The notes under the pieces are model-generated. The model had not been told where the DNA came from. It did not search any database and saw only the letters and a program-made list of their open reading frames with translations. Below are positions 25,101 to 37,024 of a stretch of DNA of 64,000 nt, in pieces. The position numbers and the translations under genes were made by a program. Source of the stretch: Nemertoderma westbladi (Eukaryota; Animalia; Xenacoelomorpha); contig JAUCBJ010008665.1 of the NCBI GenBank assembly GCA_032718475.1, positions 9,762-73,761 of the forward strand, given 5' to 3'. Within the stretch, counting starts at the first letter, position 1. Every line of letters starts with the position of its first letter.

Positions 25101-26470
25101 CAATCGTTAGATAATACATCGATGGTCAGAAGAGGATTGGCGATATTCGAAGGAGTATACCGACAGAACATTGGAGACTTGGGAGATCGACCTTCCATGG
25201 AGTATCCGACGCCAGAGGCATTGGAGAAGTGGTTCGGGAACCAAACCCACGGGTTTGGTACTCCCGTCCACTTGGATGCAGACAGACCCGTTAGAGAGAG
25301 GAAGGGAGACGGTTGGCCTGAGACGTTAGTAAAGGTGTTCGGAATGGATCTTCCGGTGGAGAAGACATATCCTAAACGGACGTGGGAGGAAATATTAGAG
25401 ATTGAGGACAAAGGCAAGGATGTTTACTTTGTTCCAGATCAGCAACCCTTAACCGGAGAGGATGACATTGTTCTAGATATTGGGAAGGAAGGAAGCGCAA
25501 AACCGATTGGAGACCTCATATATGACAGGGCTTGGTTACCGCAAGCGCGTAGATGTAAGTTGTGCGGTAGCACGAGACACAGTCAGAAGATGTGTGACGC
25601 TGTTGTAGAAGCAGTGCACAAGGTTTGCCGTTGGTGTAATGAGACCGACCATTCGTTTTATACATGTACCGTCTTCATTTCTCAGTGTGGATATTGCGGG
25701 GTGAAGGGACACCGTAGTTCGAAGTGTCAGCTGCGCGACGACGCCTTTCAGAACCATAGCACCAACTTACTTCGAGAGATGTTGGATAAGTGGGAAGACG
25801 CGGCGGATTACCATATTCAGGCCCAGATGAGGTGGCTGCCGTTTAAGGCGGGTTACGGATTCTGGGCGGAGGATCCTTCACACGTGGCGTACGAGCCCTA
25901 CCTACAGTCGTTACCTCAGTATCAAGAATTAATGCTATCCACTCAAGACCTTCCACGGAACACTGGAGTTGTGGTGATCAGGTCATACTTTAGACAGCCT
26001 AATATGGACATATAAATATACCTGGAATTTTATCGGTATTTGCGATAGAAACACTAACGGAATATTCTCAGAGACAAGGAAGGTGGTGCACCCGCGAGGC
26101 GATTGGAGGGTGGCGGCCATCCAGTACAGGAACAAATTCCTGTTGACCCACGTTCGTCTAGGGTCATTGACCGCTGAACGAATAGTGGAGCAGCGGGCTG
26201 ATGCGCCCACCGCAACAACAGCCGGAGCTCATGGCTCATGGCAAGGAGCTGATGGAGTGGTCCTTAGTAAATGTCAAGCGAAAGACGCTCAATACCACGA
26301 AATCATAGACGCTTAGCAGCTGCAACGCAAAGCGCAGGGGATGTCCGAAAGGGCGCGCGTACAATTACAGAAGGAGGAGTTGGCGGAGGCGCCCGCAGCA
26401 ACGTGGCTAATGGGATGAGGCCGAGGGAGGAGCATCAGTCGGGAACTAGTTGGCGCTCAAAAGTCGTCCT
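22166..26470 (+). pseudogene. Decayed intronless ORF: WRN/EXD2-like DEDDy 3'-5' exonuclease plus three CCHC zinc knuckles, probably TE-borne
   Basis: Consecutive ORF pieces join across stops and frameshifts. ExoI MFYDNEG, CIQV, LPKKVWEAILNQDYVKVGSGVQSDLESDF (ExoII), FVDT, YWNICAPPRASLQYYLVLG (ExoIII-like); then CKLCGSTRHSQKMC, CRWCNETDHSFYTC, CGYCGVKGHRSSKC. Confidence 0.65.
22285..23110. repeat. 47-50-bp minisatellite, about 17 copies, within the 5' part of the exonuclease ORF
   Basis: Unit CAAAGTGCGAGGGTTG(TG/AG)GGAGGCCGTTCACCATATTCCCAGCACTCAGA. Confidence 0.95.
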
Positions 26471-28799
26471 CATCGCTGGTCCCAGGAAGTGACGCCTCGA
26501 GAACGCCATCGTTGGAATCCACTGGAGGTAGACTAGTGTATCTGGGAAGGGGGCGGAAAAGAGGAGCGAGCCCGAGAGACCCAGGAGCCAGCCGATGATG
26601 CCACATAACATCAAGGAGCGACAAACTATAAACATATACATCATCGTCGCTCTGATGTATATTGTAGGCTTTAATTATATATCCGACTGGACTCATATAC
26701 ACATATAGTCGTATTCGTTTTAAAATTTATTGAAGGACGAAGGCGGAAGGTGGCTCAGGAGGTGACTGGAGAGACAAACCTGCGGGTTTGGCTTACTCCT
26801 TTCACCTGCCTGAGCAATATTGCGTTTTTTATATTAAGTAAATGTCCGAAACGAAAGAAATTATTATCTAATTTTATATTTAGTTTGATTATCGGCCTTT
26901 AAACGCAATAATATTTAGTTAACCGAATTAGCCTTAATAGATTGTTAATTTGTAAATACATGCTGAAAGAAGCAATATTTGTGTAATTTAATTTGTATGT
27001 AATAATCATCATGCAATATAAATAGCAATATTTGTACGTATTTATTATGACATGATTTATTAATTAATTACTTAATACTACAACAGGTTAACCAACAGTT
27101 TACAGTTTATATAAATATAATATATTTTGATCAAATTATAGCACAACAAACAATGGCTAGTAACAATAAACAAAACCTACTGTATAAGTTGGTAGGACGA
27201 GGACAATAATATTCAGTATTGGGTAGCCAGATCAACCCCCCGCAGACCTGCCCCATCCCCAAAGCCTGACCCACACCAAAACCGTCGACCACCTCTGAGG
27301 CAGAGAGAATTCGATCGGAGGAGGGCGAATTGAATCCTCCGGCAAACTCCACCCTGCACACAGGCAAGGCCCCTCTCGGCCATCCCAGCTTGTCTCGAGA
27401 CAAGGGTCTCGGCCAGATGGCGAATGAGAATCTCTGCCTCATTGCACCATACGCCGTCGGTTGTACCGACCAGTGGGGTAAAGGACATCCTCTGGTCTTC
27501 ACAGACAGTCCGGTAATGGGTGTGTTTCAGCCGGGCCCGCTGCTCCAAGAGGGACTCTGTCGACCAGTTGGCCTGGACGTACGAGGTGGCGTCAGCGTTG
27601 ATTATCGCAATGTCAAACGACGCCACTCGTTGGTTGGTCCAGACCCCCCGGACAACTAGGTCTGCCCTTACCCCCCTCATCTCCCGCCCCTGTCTGTCGA
27701 TGTATCCTTGGGAGAGGGTCACCTCACGCTCGACACTTGATTGGTCGAAAGCCGAGGTCACCAAACACCTGGCCAACCTCGTCAATGACGTTTGATGATA
27801 AGACCCCCGGATTTGCAGCTCAGTGCGTGGGAGGTGCTGAATGGGCTACCGCACCCCTCGCACGTAACTGGTAAACCCGGCGGGGTGAGACCATAACGAA
27901 GGGCGAGGTTGTCCCAGGCTCGTCAGGCCCCAAGTCTGTGTTGTCCAGCATGGACAGCTGGGCCGATAACCACCCCCCGGTCTTGTTCCGCGTCGTCCGC
28001 TCCGCGGTTCGTCGACGCTCGGCTGGTAATGCCCCTAGTGCGGCCTCCAGTTTCTCCTTATACGGGTATACTGGGCGGCCCGTGACTCGGTGAGGACTTT
28101 ACGCAGCCGCACAGTGTGGTCGGCCACGTGAAGCAGCAGACCAGACTGGATTGCTTCAACCACAAGAGAAGTCCCCTCGGTGGACGCAGCACGGGCATGG
28201 GCAAACCGCATTACGGGGTCCTGCAACCCAATCCCACCATGGCGAACAGGCAGGAGGACCAAGTCCTCGTCTGAGGGGCCCAATGGGATACTGAACAGGG
28301 AGGGGATATACTGTCGAAGCAGCGCGGTCCGGATAGGAGCGAAATCCTCAACATCCATTGGGACTACCCGCATTAGGAAGTCCCATTCAGCCTGCACACA
28401 CTTGGACTTCCCTGTGTGAGCAGTCTGGGAGTACTCCAGAGTCCTCCGAGAGTTTGTCGATATGTCCCACCCACCCCGCAACCTTGTCCGACACAAACTG
28501 CTTCCGTCCCTCGGCATCGCCGATATATCCCCCCAGGAACTGGTGTCCGGAGACTATCTGGATGCCACTCCCATCGAACCTTTCCCGGGCTTCTGCCTCC
28601 AGCCCTGGCTTTATTACCAGGTAAGTTTTGGTCGGTTCGGGGAAGTTGCCGATTTTGGGACCTTTTAGCTGCAGGTCGGACCACCACTGTGCAACTCCGC
28701 ACAGACTCCCTGCCGCCGAGGCGTCGTCCGCGTACCAGCACTGAGTCGATGATGATCCCTGGGTGTGGGGCACTGTGGAACCAACTCGCGACCCCTGGG

Positions 28800-29520
28800 G
28801 ACTGGACTGGTACAATGTGGGGAAGGGATTGGACAGGGACACCATGGCAGTGGGTGGGAGCGCCGTTGGAGTAACTGGGGACAGCATGGGGAGTGACTGA
28901 GACAATGGGGAGGAGGGACTGGACAATGTGGAAGTAACATGGGACAGCGTGGGGATGGACTGGGACATTGAGGAGAAGGGACTGGACAATGTGGTGGTAA
29001 CCTGGGACAGCATTTGGATGGACTGGGACAATGCGGGGAAGGAACTGGATTCTGTGGGAGTAACCTGGGGCAGCATTGGGATGGACTGGGGCAATGAGGT
29101 GAAGGGACTGGACAGTGTGGAAGTAACATGGGACAGCATGGGGATGGACTGGGGCGATGCGGGGAAGGGACTGGATACTGTGGGAATAACTTGGGACAGC
29201 ATGGGGATGGACTGGGACAATGCGGGGAAGGGATCGGACTCTGTGTGAGTAACCTTGGACAACATGGGGATGGACTGGGACAATGAGGGGAAGGGACTGG
29301 ACAATGTGGGAGTAACCTGGGACAGCATGGGGATGGACTGGGACAATGCGGGGAAGGGACTGGATACTGTGGGAGTAACATGGGTAAGCATGGAGATGGA
29401 CTGTGACAATGCCGAGAAGGGACTGATGTTATAATCGGGATAGCGATCATAAAATAGTGGATACTGTGGGAGTAACATGGGTCAGCATGGAGATGGACTG
29501 TGACAATGCCGAGAAGGGAC
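28800..29520. repeat. 63-bp G-rich minisatellite inside the CRE RT (left part)
   Basis: Unit TGTGGGAGTAACCTGGGACAGCATGGGGATGGACTGGGACAATGCGGGGAAGGGACTGGACAA; the minus strand encodes SQSIPMLSQVTPTVSSPFPAL. Confidence 0.95.
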
Positions 29521-30520
29521 TGATGTTATAATCGGGATAGCGATCATAAAATAGAAGTAACTGAAGAAGTAACTGAAGTATAGAAAAAGTAAGCTACATA
29601 CTGACATATGCGAAATATTGATATCCATCCAATCCAAACAAAGTATATCAAAATCAACACAGTCTAACCGTACTACCGGTACATAAACATACTGATGACA
29701 TACCAGTAATCATCCATCCAAATCACCTCTACCGTACTACCGGTACCCTCCTGCAATACCATGTCTCGAGTCAGGCCATGTCCAGTCCCTCATCCGGCCA
29801 GTTAGGTCCTAAAATATACTCAACATCCCCTCCACCAAAGCTTGAGTTCCATCGAAAAGCTATAATACAGTTCACTTGAGTCTACTAATTCGACTTTTAT
29901 ATTGTAGCAACTTCCAATGCATCTTCTTCCATTATTAAATTTTACTTTCAGTTTCGACTTTTCTACATTTACATACTATATACATTTCTTTGCACTTCAT
30001 TATTATATAATACCCAATTAATAATATTTCATCTCCATACATACTTCAATAAAATTATTTAGTTCAGTGTAAATATCCTATATCATTTATCTTTAGATCG
30101 GGTTTCATATCTATGACTTGAAACAACTTCTTGTCTATTTGGAAGGTCCTTTTTCTTAGAATTGATAATTACTGAGTCACGCAGTTGCGCACGATTCGTA
30201 AATCTTCTTCCAGTTTGTGTTTCTTTCCCTACATAAGGCATTGATATATCCAATTGTGTATGTTTCAGTTTTGAAACGTTTACTGTAAAGGTTGTACAAT
30301 CGTCACCTCCCTTTAGTGAGATATCTGCATTTTCGTCAGTAACTTTCGTGACTTAATAATAATAATAATAATAATAAAAGGTCCAAGGTAGGGACGAGCA
30401 AATTTATGTGCTGCTCCAGATTTGTCTGCAGGACAATATAGTAGCACTTGTTGTCCAACTTTGAAGTCATGAGGTTTTGCCGTTTTATTGTATTCCTGTT
30501 CCCATGATTCATGCGCTTTC

Positions 30521-33142
30521 TTAACATTTTGTTGAACCAATTGGAATGACTGTTGCTAAGTTGTCCTTTAAATCATCAATAAAATCATATTGATCTGCAT
30601 ACATACGGGGTTGATAACAACAAAAATACTGAAATGGAAAATTTGCATCTCTTCCATGTGTTAAATAGAAAGGAGTTTCTTTCGTGGTGCAATGATATGT
30701 AGTATTATAAGCAAATATGAGTTGTTGCAAATACGTATCCCAATCTGTACCATGTTGATTTACAAAATGAGATAACATATCACATAAAGTTCTGTTCATG
30801 CGCTCTACTGCACCATTGGCTTGCTGATGTTCAGGTGTGGTAAATATTTTATTGATATTTAACATCTTACACAACTCTGTTAGAAGTTCTGAAGTAAAAT
30901 CTGAGCCTTGGTCAGATAAGAGTTTCTCTGGAGCACCATGTTGGGAAATCACCATATCCATCATTATTCTAGCTATAGTTTGTGATTCTTGATTGGGAAT
31001 TCCAGCAGCTATAACCCACTTCGTAAAAAGGTCAACAAATAGAACGGCATGTTTATTTCCATGTTCAGTTAATGGTAAATCCAGTACATCAACGGCAACT
31101 ATTTCCATTGGTCTGGAGGATAAGATGGGTTTTAAGTTAGTGATTTGAAACCTATGAGGTGGTTTACGTGTTTGGCAACTAATACATGAGTTACAATAAT
31201 TAACAACATCTTTATGTATATTATTCCAATAAAAATGTTGCGCTAAGGATTGATACGTTTTCTCTATTCCAAAATGTCCTCCTGTAGTTGAAGAATGTCT
31301 TTGTTGGATCAAGTTTCCTTGCATATGAGAAGGTACAACAGGTAAATATGTCTTTCTCAACAATAATGATAGTTTGTAAAGACACTTCTTTCCTATCATA
31401 TTCTCTTTTATACAATAATTAGAGTTAGCAATATCCTTAAAATGAGTTTGATCACCATGTTTAGTTAGTATATTCGAGTTCAAGTAGTCAATTATATGTT
31501 TTAAATCTTTATCTTTCAATTGTTCATCTATATTGATATCTAATGCAGATTCATTGTCAATAGTATGTATCTTTGAGATGCTATCATCTTTACTCTCATT
31601 CATGGCATTATTTTCACAATGTTCATTTAGAATGTTTCTCATTTCTTCAAGTATGGTCTCCTCATTGTCCATGCCCATATTATCATTATTATCATCTTGC
31701 ATTTCATTGGTTGATGTGTTCCGTGGTAATCTTGACAGTGCATCAGCTGCCAGGTTAAATTTACCAGGTCTGTATGTAATTTTAGGCATTTGTGGCATCA
31801 GTTTGATCATCCATCTTGCCAATCTTCCTTTAGGGTTCTTTGTATTTAAAAACCACATCAGAGCACTATGGTCTGTGATTACTTTGTAATCTTGTCCTAC
31901 TAGATATGCATCAAAATGGTCTATAGCCCATATAATTGCATATAACTCGAGTTCAGTAACATGCCATTTGCATTCGTTGGGTGTTAGAGATTTTCCTGCA
32001 TACACCACTGGGTGTAAAATTCCATTATCGTCTTCTTGACTAAGAATCGCTCCCAATCCAGTAGTACTAGCGTCAGTTTCTAACACAAATGATTTTGACA
32101 TATTTGGACGAATAAGTATTGGTTCTGATATTAAAGCTTTTCGCAATGCTTGAAATGCATTCTCACATTCTTCTGACCATTTAAATTCTACATTCTTATG
32201 GGTTAATGCATTTAATGGCCCACATATTTGGGCATGGTCCTTAATGAATTTCCGATAATAACGTACAAACCCAAGAAATTTCTGTACTTCTTTAAGATTT
32301 GTAGGTCTAGGATAATCTTGTACAAGTTCAATCTTTCTAGGATCCGGTTTAATTCCAAATTGGGTAATCACATGTCCCAAAAATGTTATTTCATTACATG
32401 CAAATTTACATTTTTGCGGTTTAAGTTTTAGTCCAGCTTTATGAATACGATTCATAATCTTCTCAATATGTTTTATATGGTCTTCAAATGTCTTTGAATA
32501 TATTAAGACATCATCTAAATAAACAAAACAGAATTGTCCTATATACCCCTGGAGAACAGTATTCATCAGGCGTTGACATCTCGGTGGGGCATTCATTAAA
32601 CCAAAGGGCATTCTATTAAATCGGTATGCTCCTTCAAATGTAACCATTGTTGTTTTATCCTTTGAATCTTCATCCATAGGTATCTGGTAAAACATTTGTT
32701 TAGCATCCACCACAGTAAATATACTTGCATCTTGTATATTATCTAAGATATCGTCAATCCTTGGCATTGGATAACAGTCTCGGGTTGTTACACTATTTAG
32801 TGCTCGGTAATCAACACATAAACGTAATGACTTATCTGGTTTCTGCACAAATAAAATAGGACTGGTCCATATTGCAGATGAAGGTTCTATAACACCTTGT
32901 TCTATTAAGTCCTTTATCATTGTTTTACATTGATCTCGGTACGCTAGTGGAATTCGACGAGGATGCTGTTGTATAGGCTTTGCATTACCAGTTTCGATAT
33001 GATGCGAAGCAAGATGAGTTAAACCAGTTGGTTCATCATCTAGTGCAAAATCCTCTTTGAAAAGTAAAAGTGTATCTGTTAATTGTATTTGTTGGAGAGA
33101 GGTTAAATTTGTCCAATCATTTGCCATTTTCAAACATTCCAA
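30521..33142 (-). CDS. Gypsy Pol: reverse transcriptase, RNase H, integrase
   Basis: LRLCVDYRALN, MPFGLMNAP, YLDD, ETDAS, VITDHSAL, HHCC (H..GGHFG..C..CQ), AVDV, SDQG, NGAVERMN; GPF module frameshifted at ~30313-30540. Confidence 0.96.
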   Translation of the reverse strand: MECLKMANDWTNLTSLQQIQLTDTLLLFKEDFALDDEPTGLTHLASHHIETGNAKPIQQHPRRIPLAYRDQCKTMIKDLIEQGVIEPSSAIWTSPILFVQKPDKSLRLCVDYRALNSVTTRDCYPMPRIDDILDNIQDASIFTVVDAKQMFYQIPMDEDSKDKTTMVTFEGAYRFNRMPFGLMNAPPRCQRLMNTVLQGYIGQFCFVYLDDVLIYSKTFEDHIKHIEKIMNRIHKAGLKLKPQKCKFACNEITFLGHVITQFGIKPDPRKIELVQDYPRPTNLKEVQKFLGFVRYYRKFIKDHAQICGPLNALTHKNVEFKWSEECENAFQALRKALISEPILIRPNMSKSFVLETDASTTGLGAILSQEDDNGILHPVVYAGKSLTPNECKWHVTELELYAIIWAIDHFDAYLVGQDYKVITDHSALMWFLNTKNPKGRLARWMIKLMPQMPKITYRPGKFNLAADALSRLPRNTSTNEMQDDNNDNMGMDNEETILEEMRNILNEHCENNAMNESKDDSISKIHTIDNESALDINIDEQLKDKDLKHIIDYLNSNILTKHGDQTHFKDIANSNYCIKENMIGKKCLYKLSLLLRKTYLPVVPSHMQGNLIQQRHSSTTGGHFGIEKTYQSLAQHFYWNNIHKDVVNYCNSCISCQTRKPPHRFQITNLKPILSSRPMEIVAVDVLDLPLTEHGNKHAVLFVDLFTKWVIAAGIPNQESQTIARIMMDMVISQHGAPEKLLSDQGSDFTSELLTELCKMLNINKIFTTPEHQQANGAVERMNRTLCDMLSHFVNQHGTDWDTYLQQLIFAYNTTYHCTTKETPFYLTHGRDANFPFQYFCCYQPRMYADQYDFIDDLKDNLATVIPIGSTKC

Positions 33143-33791
33143 TAGTTTGATAATTCTATTTCGTGCTTGTAGAGCACTTCTGTCGCTGTCATCTTCATTA
33201 TTAATATTCTCATTAACATTTTGCGATTTAACTTGAAAAGTGTCACATGTTACGGTACTTCATTGTCACGATCAAGAGTTTCAAAATATTCTACTGTCCC
33301 AATTTTCCTATTTGGTCTTATTCTGATTTTAGTATTTGTTATATTTTCAATTGTTAAAGTAATAAGCTCATTATCATCAGGTACTACAATAGTTCCATAC
33401 ATCCTGAAGGGTAATGAATTATTTGGCTGAAAAATCAATGTCTCACCATTTCCAACATCTTGCATATGTGCCTTTATAAAACAAGAACAGTTTGGTTTCA
33501 GAGTTATACCAGTTGAAACTTTCACACAAGATATATATCTGTTCATTGATGTCTTGATAGGCTCAGTTTGTCTCTCTTCAATATCTTCCTTCTTTATTTC
33601 TTGTTGTATACTTACATCATTATTCTGTATTGTTGCCTTAAGCTCACTTTCAGGCTTTCTGTGTTTACTTGATTCTTCGTAAGGTATATTCCATAATACT
33701 GGATTTTCAGTCAACTTTAATAGTGGACCAACATTATGACCAACTAACAGTAGATGTTCCTTGCCCATGTGTGGATCTATTAAAGCTGTAG

Positions 33792-35087
33792 TTAATACTG
33801 GTGGAAAAGTTTGTATTTTATAGCAATCTTAATTTCTCCCTCAATATGAATTGCATGTTCTTGGTAAGCTAGTGGATTACAACTTGTAGGTTTAATGGAA
33901 TCAAATAAAGCACCAGATTTTTCTAATCTTTGTACTAAAATTGAGTTAATAAATGTACTTTGTGAACCAGGATCGGCTAATACTTGATGAGGTTCAAGAT
34001 ACATATTATTTACTAGAATATCATTCAAATAAGGTAATGACTTTGAGATAATAGGTGCTTCTTTCATATCATAATGATCTTCTGCTTTATTATAAGAAAT
34101 ATCATCGTATTGAACAGTCTTTCTATTTGTAGGTACTTTACTATCTGATCTGCTATGAAATTGATCATCATCCCTTTTAATATCCGGTCTTTGCATTGAA
34201 TTAATTCTTATATCTTGTGAAAATCTCTTTGTGCAGTTTCTAGATAAATGTCCATAATCTCTGCAGTGATAACATTGTATTGTACTAGTGATACTATCAC
34301 TACTAGCACCACGATTACTAAATGTCCCAATATTGTTATTCACATTTGTATTACCATTATTGCTGCTGTTATAATATGGCTTATGATATGGCTGCGGGGA
34401 ATAGTTTCTAATGTCATTTTGTCTTGGTGTTTCATTATAATAGTATGGCTTATCTTCTGTACGTTTTCGTATAGAATGAAGGAATATTTCTAAATCACGA
34501 GCTAATACAGCTAATGTATTGATTTGTCGTAAAGCATGGTATTTGTCATTTGATATATTTTGTTTCGTCTTTGAATTTATACCTTTGAGGAATGCTACAC
34601 ACATTGCCTGCTCAACTTCCTTCTTATTCACATCACGAAGTATCGTCACTTCGGCAGGAGAATAACCATCAGACACCAACTGACGGCCACGTGCTGCCAA
34701 CAATGCAGCACCACATTTCTGAACGAAATCCATGAAATTGCTAATCGACTGGTCATGTCGTTGTTGAACACGGTTAAGTTTATCCAAAGCTTCTTGTGGA
34801 GATTCCTTTATTTCAAAATGATCTTTAAGACTCTTTGTGAATTCATCATATGTTATATTTGATGTGTTAGTATAAAATTCTCTGGCGAGAGTACTAATTG
34901 TTGATCCTGTTTTTAAACTATTAAGTACTTTACTTATTCTTTCTTTATCATTTAAGTAACCAGCTACATCCATATCTAATTCCGCATTTGCTAACCAAGT
35001 TGCAAATGAACCATCCTTGGAATTATCATAACGAGATATATTCAATGGACGACGTTTAAACTTGTTCTCTTGCTCATGTACCAACAT
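33792..35087 (-). CDS. Gypsy Gag (capsid, CCHC knuckle) and aspartic protease start
   Basis: QCYHCRDYGHLSRNC knuckle; LADPGSQSTFI protease motif. Confidence 0.85.
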   Translation of the reverse strand: MLVHEQENKFKRRPLNISRYDNSKDGSFATWLANAELDMDVAGYLNDKERISKVLNSLKTGSTISTLAREFYTNTSNITYDEFTKSLKDHFEIKESPQEALDKLNRVQQRHDQSISNFMDFVQKCGAALLAARGRQLVSDGYSPAEVTILRDVNKKEVEQAMCVAFLKGINSKTKQNISNDKYHALRQINTLAVLARDLEIFLHSIRKRTEDKPYYYNETPRQNDIRNYSPQPYHKPYYNSSNNGNTNVNNNIGTFSNRGASSDSITSTIQCYHCRDYGHLSRNCTKRFSQDIRINSMQRPDIKRDDDQFHSRSDSKVPTNRKTVQYDDISYNKAEDHYDMKEAPIISKSLPYLNDILVNNMYLEPHQVLADPGSQSTFINSILVQRLEKSGALFDSIKPTSCNPLAYQEHAIHIEGEIKIAIKYKLFHQY

Positions 35088-35179
35088 TGTATCATTAACA
35101 GTAAATGTTCGATCAATATTTGGTACTGGAGACTGTATAGGCCTTTGCTGTGAATTCCTCCACTCTGGTACATCAGGAT

Positions 35180-37024
35180 TTATTTAGACTCCCAATGCAG
35201 TGTGTTCTCATGTACTACACCATTACCATTAGTAGTATTGGTAGTATCCTGAGTGGATGCAATTGTATTTATTTTTGTCATTTGTCGTTTGCAGCTTAAT
35301 AAGTCATCCTGTAGTGATATTACATCATTTTGATAACCTGACAAATTTACTTGTAATTTATGCATATCCTTTTGCAATAATTTATATTCATCAGATTCTA
35401 CTGGATCTTTATGCATCTTTTGCAACGATTCTGATAGTTCTTTAATATACTTATTACGTCCATCAACATCATCATGTAGAGAAGATATCTCTTTACCCAG
35501 CTCAATACATTTTGTTTTAAAATTAATACATTCATAACAAATATCAATATTGTCTGTATTGGTTTTGTCATTCACTTTCTGTTGTTTCTTGTGCCATAAA
35601 TCATCATATTTATATTTTAATTCATTATAATCTGAGATAGGTACAAAATCTGAAGAATCAAGTTGCTCACATTGTGTTTTTAAATACTCTACTTGATTTT
35701 GACATTCATATTATACAGACTTCAGATCATCAAATTCTTTCATGGGAACTGTACTTTTAGAAATATCTTTATGCAGTTCCTGTAAACCCAGTGAAAAGTG
35801 CGCAAGCGTATCGCAAGCGTGCCTATCGGCACGCTTGCGATAAGGCGTATCTCAAGTGATTCCCAAGAGTTATGGCCCGACCTTTACGCAAGCGATTTAC
35901 TTGAGTTATGTCACATAAATATCGCAACAACTTGCGTTAAGTCGCATAAAAATCACAACAACTTGCGTTCAGTCGCATAAAACTCGCATCCGATTCACTT
36001 GCGACTTTCAAGTGTCATGGCGCATAAATATCGCAAAAATCTACTGGTTGTGAGTTTTGTGTAATATATTGAGACCTTTGTGACAGAAAATATGATACAG
36101 TAGTTGATTATTCCACTGCTGTTTAATACTATGGGCTTCCGTATCATCTGCCTACTGTACTTAACTTACATTACATTACATTACACTCTCTAGACTTAGA
36201 ACATTACACATGCTGTATGAATCAATACTAGAAATGGTTGGTTATATAGAGGATAATACAAATAGATTAGAACAACCATGGTACACTTTTAACTATTCCC
36301 TATAATTTTCTATTCTATAAAATATATTAATATAATCTCTGTATTCGACAGCCATATTAGATAATTCGTATTCATCAATTTTATATTTTAAAACTATTTA
36401 TTTCTTGATAGGCAACTTTATTTTAATTAATAAATCTTTAGTGTAATTAAAAACATGCGATTCACATGGGAATTAACGCATGATATTCTCATGGTGTAAA
36501 ACATGCGTAAAATAAGTGTTAAATGAGGTATGATTCGCATGCGATTTTCATGCACGGAATCACATGCGTAAAATAAGTTGTGAATCGCATGCATGCGTGG
36601 AATCGCTTCCTTATTTTACATGTGATTCACATGCGAATCACAAGAGTTTTATCGCTATTTATTGAGCCGCAATAAAAATGCATGACGCTTTAAAATCACT
36701 TGCGATACGCATGCGCATTTTTCACTGGGAATCATCATTATGTTTCACACATTTATTATATTTGTAGTCTAACAAAATATTCTCTTCCACAAGTTCTTTA
36801 TGTTTTTGTAACAAATTGTTAAGCTGTACTGATAGTGTTTTAACAATACCATCAGCTTCAATCTCAATTTGTTGAGAATTTGGATCAATTGTTTGTAGTG
36901 AACAGTCCTCAAATTGGGGTAATATACCTCCCAAAACATTAAAATGAGAAATTAATGAATTAATTAACTTCTGTAATGACACAATGTCTGCCTCTAGATC
37001 TGCTTTTGTTTTTCCACCTGCCAT
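35180..37024 (-). pseudogene. Coiled-coil N-terminal extension of Gypsy Gag, interrupted by a MITE
   Basis: Removing 35787-36729 and one AA joins MAGGKTKADLE...KHNDD to LQELHKDISK... in frame with ORF 35180-35575, with one internal stop. Confidence 0.75.
35787..36729. mobile_element. Non-autonomous CACTA/EnSpm-type (CCC...GGG) DNA transposon, 943 bp
   Basis: ~31-bp imperfect TIR CCCAGTGAAAArTGCGCAwGCGTATCGCAAG, 2-bp AA TSD, many subterminal TCGCA/TGCGA motifs. Confidence 0.88.

Noticed and set aside
28800-29520. Common origin of the two 63-bp arrays (11.8 kb and 28.8/38.3 kb)
   Set aside because: Only short words (CCACAGTA, CCCTTCC) are shared and the units do not align convincingly; the equal period may be coincidence.
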